From Tubiluchus corallicola (taxonomy: Eukaryota; Animalia; Priapulida): a stretch of DNA of 31,337 nucleotides. Under the pieces are notes generated by a model that did not search any database, was not told the origin of the DNA, and was given only the letters and a program-made list of their open reading frames with translations. Position numbers and translations under genes: made by a program. Below are positions 23,134 through 31,337 of this stretch, one piece after another; the stretch's first letter is position 1; every line of letters starts with the position of its first letter. The stretch spans positions 1-31,337 of the forward strand of contig JAQGDQ010001639.1 in the NCBI GenBank assembly GCA_030141605.1, written 5' to 3'.

Positions 23134-24066
23134 CTGATAGAGTTGCTTGATATTAAAAGTCTCCTGATACAGTTGCTTGATATTAAAAGTCTCCTGATAC
23201 AGTTGCTTGATATTAAAAGTCTCCTGATACAGTTGCTTGATATTAAAAGTCTTCTGATACAGTTGCTTGATATTAAAAGTCTTCTGATACAGTTGCTTGA
23301 TATTAAAAGTCTTCTGATACAGTTGCTTGATATTAAAAGTCTTCTGATACAGTTGCTTGATATTAAAAGTCTTCTGATAAAGTTGCTTGATATTAAAAGT
23401 CTTCTGATACAGTTGCTTGATATTAAAAGTCTTCTGATAAAGTTGCTTGATATTAAAAGTCTCCTGATAGAGTTGCTTGATATTAAAAGTCTTCTGATAA
23501 AGTTGCTTGATATTAAAAGTCTTCTGATAAAGTTGCTTGATATTAAAAGCCTCCTGATACAGTTGCTTGATATTAAAAGTCTTCTGATACAGTTGCTTGA
23601 TATTAAAAGTCTTCTGATAAAGTTGCTTGATATTAAAAGTCTCCTGATACAGTTGCTTGATATTAAAAGTCTCCTGATACAGTTGCTTGATATTAAAAGT
23701 CTTCTGATACAGTTGCTTGATATTAAAAGTCTTCTGATACAGTTGCTTGATATTAAAAGCCCCCTGATACAGTTGCTTGATATTAAAAGTCTTCTGATAC
23801 AGTTGCTTGATATTAAAAGTCTTCTGATACAGTTGCTTGATATTAAAAGTCTCCTGATACAGTTGCTTGATATTAAAAGTCTTCTGATACAGTTGCTTGA
23901 TATTAAAAGTCTTCTGATACAGTTGCTTGATATTAAAAGCCCCCTGATACAGTTGCTTGATATTAGAAGTTCTCCTGATACAGTTGCTTGATATTAAAAG
24001 CCCCCTGATAGAGTTGCTTGATATTAGAAGCCTCCTGATACAGTTGCTTGATATTAAAAGCCTCCT
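23134..24066. repeat. Minisatellite, 30-bp unit (ctgatacagttgcttgatattaaaagtctc/t), ~31 copies
   Basis: Near-perfect 30-bp period; ORF 23143-23991 (LLDIKSLLIQ)n is a read-through. Confidence 0.98.
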
Positions 24067-24750
24067 ATAGATAAACCTTGCGTGTCACTGCTACTTATTA
24101 CATAAAACTTGCATTTAATTACGAATATGCAAAGATCGTTAACAACCCTGGGTGGTATAAACCAAACTACACGTACCAATCTGCAGAAACAGTCACATTC
24201 CTCAGCCACATAATAGCCCGCATTTTACGCGTACTTAGCCACTATTTAAAAGCCCATTATCAGATGCAAACGAACTTCTCTCACAAAGGCAGCGGACCCA
24301 AGAAGACCCTACTTGTGTTACTTTGCACTGTAGCTACTTTGTAAAGAAAGGCAGCAATCAAGCTTCAGGAAGTAAATAACCTTTTGGGCTCAGAAAAGCC
24401 ACTGTATTCAAACATCAAAGCAACGAAAAGATGGAAGTTACTAGTTAGCTACACTAGAAATGAGTCACCATTGAGAGGCGTATTTTATAGTAGAGTTTCT
24501 TTCCAATGTTTCCAAAAAGGATTACATATTACACTGACTTGGTCTAAGCTTATGGAGGCTGCTACACCAAGTTAGTAAATTTAGGTCAAACGCATGATAA
24601 ATAGTTGCAAACGCACTGGTCAAAATGTGTCCTTGACAAACAGGTTATATTATTAAACAGGAGTGGACATAAAGCATTATTTACCATGTAGCAGTTACTC
24701 GTGGATGCCTTAGTTGGTTAAGTGACTTGCAAGCTAACTATTTGAACGTC

Positions 24751-25390
24751 TTAAAGCAAATCCGGACCCAATCTTAAACTGTAGATCAAAACAATCTACT
24801 CTTTAAAATATTGAAAGGAAACGTACTATTTTTTTCAAAAATGACTTACGTGAAAGAATTATTACCAAACAAACACAGTTTCGCGTTCGCGCCACTAGTT
24901 TTTCGCTAGTTAGACGGGCAGTAAGGCCTGCATTTCGGAAATGTATTGCCATTAAAAAACAGGTGCCGTACCTCTCAGTTGAGATGTGTTAGTTTCTAAC
25001 GAACTACGCAAGTTCGACAGCTCATGCCTAAGAACATCTGTAAATTTGAATTTTGAATTTTTATATTAAAGCTTACCTAGTTTTAGTACAACGCACTGAA
25101 TATCTTACAGTAGCACGGTACTTCAATTTTCGCTTTCGCAAACACGTGCAACACGCTCGTGGAATATTTTTGCAGTTGAAAATCATGTTAGTTTGTGATG
25201 TCATCAATAGTTGGTATCGCTCGCCGCTAATTCAGTTTTTAATCTATTATTTAATGATCAGCAACGCTTTTGCAGTATCAATTGCGTTAAAATGTCAACT
25301 TTTTATGGGACCTGAAAATGGGGAAGTAAATGAAAAATTATCCTGTCTTCTTTCAAACCTCAGATGTTTGAAGTAATAGACAAAATATGA
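24751..25390 (+). mobile_element. Interspersed repeat copy 2 (same family as 7012-7690)
   Basis: Colinear similarity to copy 1. Retains the 12 bp atccggacccaa deleted in copy 1 and lacks the ACCACT microsatellite. Confidence 0.7.
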
Positions 25391-26440
25391 GGTGTGAATG
25401 ACAGTAACGTTTGTCACTTTCAAAAAATAGTTATCAAAATAAAATAGGAAAAATATTAAAGGAAGAAATATCCCTTATCATTGATTTGGTTTGACGAAAA
25501 GGCCAAAAAGTAACTTGTTTGTTTAGTTGTTAGTTTTCTCAATGAAAATGATTCTACGAAAATGATATCAACTGCCGTTTTTTAATTTAAAAAGATTTAA
25601 AAAACGTCGTACTTGACGAGTTTACGTTGTTGTTAGGGAATGAAAAATGAACTCTCAGTCAAAGTTAACGACATGCATACATGTCCAAGGTTCTCATACG
25701 TTTTTCAATGATTTCCCATATTTAAACATTTTCTATATTGAGCAAAAAGGAATTATTCTACGCACATGCACAATGCACAATCATACCTAATAAAAAAAGG
25801 TTAGAAGCATAAGAACTCAAAGATTGCACATTTTGATATTTCTAAGACGATCTTTTTCGACAGATTTGCAACAGAATAAGACCAGCATAACAAATCTAAC
25901 CCAATCATATGGCTCTATTTCCATACCGCCAAGCCAACTCTTTGCAGACGTATTAAACGACGTTGCTGCTGTAGCAATTTACCAATGTGAATGCGACTGA
26001 TTCCTCGCTACTAAAGAATGTCAGATCTCGATCAACAGTGTGAACGCAGCTTAAGTTCACTGACGATTATCAAATCTTGATCGTCGGTCGGTTCGGTTAA
26101 TTGGTAGCGACAGTTTAAGCGCACGTTCAAAGGACGGTAGACTAACATAATGTATTAGCGCGGGGGACTTCAATCATTCATGAATGAATGAATGAACTCG
26201 AATAGTTCATTCATCAGCTACTTGGCAAAATATGCAACACCCATGAACTAGCAAAGTTTTGGAATTTACTTTGCAATATTATTCTTTCGGGCAGCACGGT
26301 ATGTTTACTCTTAAAACTGAGAAGTGCTGCAAACCTCCAATTCGGCCTACAGTTCTGCAAAAAGATTTTTCTAGTGATAATTGACGAAATTTCTTATTAA
26401 ATTTTTTGACATTCTTCGTTTAAAATATGGAGGGAACTTG

Positions 26441-29400
26441 CTTGAAGCTGATGAAGATAAAATTTTAGAAGATCCAGCAAGTGAAGATGATGTGGTTAAG
26501 CTTGAAGCTGATGAAGATAAAATTTTAGAAGAATCAGCAAGTGAAGATGATGTGGTTAAGCTTGAAGCTGATGAAGATAACATTTTAGAAGATCCAGCAA
26601 GCGAAGACGATGTGGTTAAGCTTGAAGCTGATGAAGAAAAAATTCTAGAAGAATCAGCAAGTGAAGATGATGTGGTTAAGCTTGAAGTTGACGAAGATAA
26701 AATTTTAGAAGATCCAACAAGTGAAGATGATGTGGTTAAGCTTGAAGCTGATGAAGATAAAATTTTAGAAGATCCAGCAAGTGAAGATGATGTGGCTAAG
26801 CTTGAAGCTGCTGAAGATAAAATTTTAGAAGATCCAGCAAGTGAAGACGATGTGGTTAAGCTTGAAGCTGATGAAGATAAAATTTTAGAAGATCCAACAA
26901 GTAAAGATGAGGTGGTTAAGCTTGAAGCTGATGACGATAAAATTTTAGAAGATCCAGCAAGTGAAGATGGTGTGGTTAAGCTTGAAGCTGATGAAGATAA
27001 AATTTAGAAGATCCAGCAAGTGAAGACGAGGTGGCTAAGCTTGAAGCTGACGAAGATAAAATTTTAGAAGATCCAGCAAGTGAAGATGATGTGGCTAAGC
27101 TTGAAGCTGATGACGATAAAATTTTAGAAGATCCAGCAAGTGAAGATGAGGTGGGTAAGCTTGAAGCTGATGAAGATAAAATTTTAGAAGAATCAGGAAG
27201 TGAAGATGATGTGGCTAAGCTTGAAGCTGACGAAGATAAAATTTTAGAAGATCCAGCAAGTGAAGATGATGTGGTTAAGCTTGAAGCCGATGAAGATAAA
27301 ATTTTAGAAGATCCAGCAAGTGAAGATGAGCTTGAAGCTGATGAAGATAAAATTTTAGAAGATCCAGCAAGTGAAGACGATGCGGTTAAGCTTGAAGCTG
27401 ACGAAGATAAAATTTAGATGATCCAGCAAGTAAAGATGAGGTGGCTAAGCTTGAAGCTGATGAAGATAAAATTTTAGAAGATCCAGCAAGTGAAGACGAG
27501 ATGGCTAAGCTTGAAGCTGATGAAGATAAAATTTTAGAAGATCCAGCAAGTGAAGATGAGATGGTTAAGCTTAAAGCTGATGAAGATAAAATTTTAGAAG
27601 ATCCAGCAAGTGAAGATGAGGTGGTTAAGCTTGAAGCTGATGAAGATAAAATTTTAGAAGATCCAGCAAGTGAAGATGAGGTGGTTAAGCTTGAAGCTGA
27701 TGAAGATAAAATTTTAGAAGATCCAACAAGTGAAAACGAGGTGGTTAAGCTTAAAGCTGATGAAGATAAAATTTTAGAAGATCCAGCAAGTGAAGATGAT
27801 GTGGTTAAGCTTAAAGCTGATGAAGATAAAATTTTAGAAGATCCAGCAAGTGAAGATGAGATGGTTAAGCTTGAAGCTGACGAAGATAAAATTTTAGAAG
27901 ATCCAGCAAGTGAAGACGAGATGGCTAAGCTTGAAGCTGACGAAGATAAAATTTTAGAAGATCCAGCAAGTGAAGATGATGTGGTTAAGCTTGAAGCTGA
28001 CGAAGATAAAATTTAGAAGATCCAACAAGTGAAGACGAGGTGGTTAAGCTTAAAGCTGATGAAGATAAAATTTTAGAAGATCCAGCAAGTGAAGATGATG
28101 TGGTTAAGCTTAAAGCTGATGAAGATAAAATTTTAGAAGATCCAGCAAGTGAAGATGAGATGGTTAAGCTTGAAGCTGACGAAGATAAAATTTTAGAAGA
28201 TCCAGCAAGTGAAGACGAGATGGCTAAGCTTGAAGCTGACGAAGATAAAATTTTAGAAGATCCAGCAAGTGAAGATGATGTGGTTAAGCTTGAAGCTGAC
28301 GAAGATAAAATTTAGAAGATCCAACAAGTGAAGACGAGGTGGTTAAGCTTAAAGCTGATGAAGATAAAATTTTAGAAGATCCAGCAAGTGAAGATGATGT
28401 GGTTAAGCTTAAAGCTGATGAAGATAAAATTTTAGAAGATCCAGCAAGTGAAGATGAGATGGTTAAGCTTGAAGCTGACGAAGATAAAATTTTAGAAGAT
28501 CCAGCAAGTGAAGACGAGATGGCTAAGCTTGAAGCTGACGAAGATAAAATTTTAGAAGATCCAGCAAGTGAAGATGATGTGGCTAAGCTTGAAGCTGATG
28601 AAGATAAAATTTTAGAAGATCCAGCAAGTGAAGATGATGTGGTTAAGCTTGAAGCTGATGAAGATAAAATTTTAGAAGATCCAGCAAGTGAAGAGTGGTG
28701 GTGGTTTTGGGTGGTGATGTGGTTAAGCTTAAAGCTGATGAAGATAAAATTTTAGAAGAATCAGCAAGTGAAGATGACGTGGTTAAGCTTGAAGCTGATG
28801 AAGATAAAATTTTAGAAGATCCAGCAAGTGAAGATGGTGTGGTTAAGCTTGAAGCTGATGAAGATGAAATTTTAGAAGATCCAGCAAGTGAAGATGGTGT
28901 GGTTAAGCTTGAAGCTGGTGAAGATAAAATTCTAGAAGATCCAGCAAGTGAAGATGATGTGGTTAAGCTTGAAGCTGATGAAGATAAAATCTTAGAAGAT
29001 CCAGCAAGTGAAGACGAGGTGGTTAAGCTTGAAGCTGATGAAGATAAAATTTTAGAAGATCCAGCAAGTGAAGATGAGATGGTTAAGCTTGAAGCTGACG
29101 AAGATAAAATTTTAAAAGATCCAGCAAGTGAAGATGATGTGGTTAAGCTTAAAGCTGACGAAGCTTGAAGCTGACGAAGATAAAATTTTAGAAGATCCAG
29201 CAAGTGAAGATGAGGTGGCTAAGCTTGAAGCTGATGAAGATAAAATTTTAGAAGATCCCGCAAGTGAAGATGAGGTGGTTAAGCTTGAAGCTGATGAAGA
29301 TAAAATTTTACAAGATCCAGCAAGTGAAGACGATGTGGTTAAGCTTGAATCTGATGACGATAAAATTTTAGAAGATCCAGCAAGTGAAGATGGTGTGGTT

Positions 29401-30500
29401 AAGCTTAAAGCTGATGAAGATAAAATTTTAGAAGAATCAGCAAGTGAAGATGACGTGGTTAAGCTTGAAGCTGATGAAGATAAAATTTTAGAAGATCCAG
29501 CAAGTGAAGATGGTGTGGTTAAGCTTGAAGCTGATGAAGATGAAATTTTAGAAGATCCAGCAAGTGAAGATGGTGTGACTAAGCTTGAAGCTGATGAAGA
29601 TAAAATTTTAGAAGATCCAGCAAGTGAAGATGGTGTGACTAAGCTTGAAGCTGATGAAGATAAAATTTTAGAAGATCCAGCAAGTGAAGATGGTGTGACT
29701 AAGCTTGAAGCTGATGAAGATAAAATTTTAGAAGATCCAGCAAGTGAAGACGAGATGGCTAAGCTTGAAGCTGACGATGATAAAATTTTAGAAGAATCAG
29801 CAAGTGAAGATGATGTGGTTAAGCTTGAAGCTGATGAAGATAAAATTTTAGAAGATCCAGCAAGTGAAGACGAGGTGGTTAAGCTTGAAGCTGATGAAGA
29901 TAAAATTTTAGAAGATCCAGCAAGTGAAGATGGTGTGGTTAAGCTTGAAGCTGATGAAGATGAAATTTTAGAAGATCCAGCAAGTGAAGATGGTGTGGTT
30001 AAGCTTGAAGCTGGTGAAGATAAAATTCTAGAAGATCCAGCAAGTGAAGATGATGTGGTTAAGCTTGAAGCTGATGAAGATAAAATCTTAGAAGATCCAG
30101 CAAGTGAAGACGAGGTGGTTAAGCTTGAAGCTGATGAAGATAAAATTTTAGAAGATCCAGCAAGTGAAGATCATGTGGTTACGCTTGAAGCTGTGAAGAT
30201 AATTTTAGACGATCGAGTGAAGATGTGTGGTTAAGCTTGAAGCTGGTGGATATTTTAGACGATCACGTGAAGATGATGTGGTTAAGCTTGAAGCTGATGA
30301 AGATAAAATTTTAGAAGATCCAGCAAGTGAAGATGATGTGGTTAAGCTTGAAGCTGATGAAGATAAAATTTTAGAAGAATCAGCAAGTGAAGATGAGGTG
30401 GTTAAGCTTGAAGCTGACGAAGATAAAATTTTAGAAGATCCAGCAAGTGAAGACGAGGTGGTTAAGCTTGAAGCTGATGAAGATAAAATTTTAGAAGATA
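26441..30500 (+). repeat. 60-bp tandem array, ~67 copies, reading in one frame as acidic (LEADEDKILEDPASEDDVVK)n; coding status unresolved
   Basis: Exact 60-bp period with one HindIII site per unit. The frame is broken by single-T deletions (~27003, 27413, 28012, 28311), an insertion near 28695, a partial unit near 29160 and degraded units at 30170-30270. No clear ATG or acceptor upstream. Confidence 0.95.
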
Positions 30501-30774
30501 CAAACCAATTGCAGACGAAGTGGATGCCTTAAAAATAAACAGTGAACACTCTTAGGCTATTATAAAAAATTTCACAACATTTGAAAAACTTAGCATAAAT
30601 AATATAGCATAAACAACATAGTGCAATGGTGGAGAGCCTCTTTTCATCCTTGGTGATCTCACATGTCTATGCCAACTTGCCCTAGAACTTCTTCTTGTAC
30701 TAACAGGAGCATTTCAATTACCAGTTGGTCATTCTGTCCAGTTAGTAACGCATAAAACTTTCGTGAGGTAATTT

Positions 30775-30822
30775 TTAACCCTTTAGTGTAATATAAAAAC
30801 GTCTTGGCCGACTAAGGGTTAA
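30775..30822. mobile_element. 40-bp piggyBac-like internally deleted relic: TTAA|CCCTTTAGT...ACTAAGGG|TTAA
   Basis: TTAA at 30775-30778 and 30819-30822 flank CCC/GGG termini with a short imperfect inverted repeat. Confidence 0.5.
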
Positions 30823-31337
30823 ACTGTGATGTCATTTATTCCACAACGTTCCTGACGTTTCAACAGCAAAACAAGACGTCATAACTCGCTTAACGTACAG
30901 ACATCAAAGGTTAATAATTAAGAAATAATTAGCCAAGCTCCTTCTCCCTCCCACCACCGCCCAAAAAAGTGAGAACTACCCCAAAAAGTGAGAACTACTC
31001 AAGTTTCTTTAAGCAGAATGAACTTGAATTTCTTGAGGTTCACAACTGGTGTTAATTGTGGTTAGGTTCAAGATAGCACAACAAAAACAACCGGAATTCC
31101 ATACCCATATCCCGGAAAAATCCCAATGCTGTTAGTTTACAAAAAAGTCACTGGTGTACAAGGAAAAAGTTGGATTTTCAAACTCAATGAAATATTGAGG
31201 TTTTGCACTTTTTTCCAAGTCTCCTTAAAGTTCCAGGTAAACCTTTTGCGAACTGATTTCTTTGTTAAATTCCTTCCCCAGTTCCTGCCACTGCTAATAT
31301 TTTTGTTTCATGTAGAGGAAAAACCAAAAAACTTAAT

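Noticed and set aside
23143-23991. 282-aa (LLDIKSLLIQ)n ORF resembling a leucine-rich or coiled-coil protein
   Set aside because: No ATG start, no unique flanking coding sequence, near-identical 30-bp units and a frameshift at the array end.
24698-24735. tRNA A-box-like ggatgccttagttggttaag
   Set aside because: No B box or cloverleaf follows; at most a SINE head remnant.
26200-26440. Open frame upstream of the acidic array (ELAKFWNLLCNIILSGSTVCLL...)
   Set aside because: No ATG, a different frame from the array ORF and no recognisable family.

Overview
AT-rich, repeat-dense eukaryotic (metazoan, probably invertebrate) genomic DNA; no prokaryotic genes, rRNA, tRNA or CRISPR arrays were seen. 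The one credible host coding sequence is a ~1 kb first coding exon on the minus strand (14081/14030 to 13052). It encodes a low-complexity polyQ/Ser/Tyr-rich N-terminus with a PAM2-like motif, ends at a canonical G|GTAAG donor, and sits below a CpG-rich promoter-like region with repeated YY1-like motifs. The gene is not identified and its downstream exons were not found with confidence. The rest is intron or intergenic sequence containing 5'-truncated non-LTR retrotransposon ends (L2/Crack-like, RTEX-like, CR1-like with a target-site duplication, possibly RTE-like), non-autonomous DNA transposon relics (an 81-bp inverted repeat pair enclosing ~5 kb, a nested PIF/Harbinger-like element, TTAA-bounded elements), about 13 minisatellite arrays (units 30-139 bp) and several microsatellites. 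Most long ORFs in the supplied track are read-throughs of tandem repeats. The 4 kb 60-bp array reading as an acidic 20-aa repeat is the only repeat whose coding status stays open. I found no clear new biological system; the best leads are the nested transposon-to-satellite structure, the acidic array and the PAM2-like gene.
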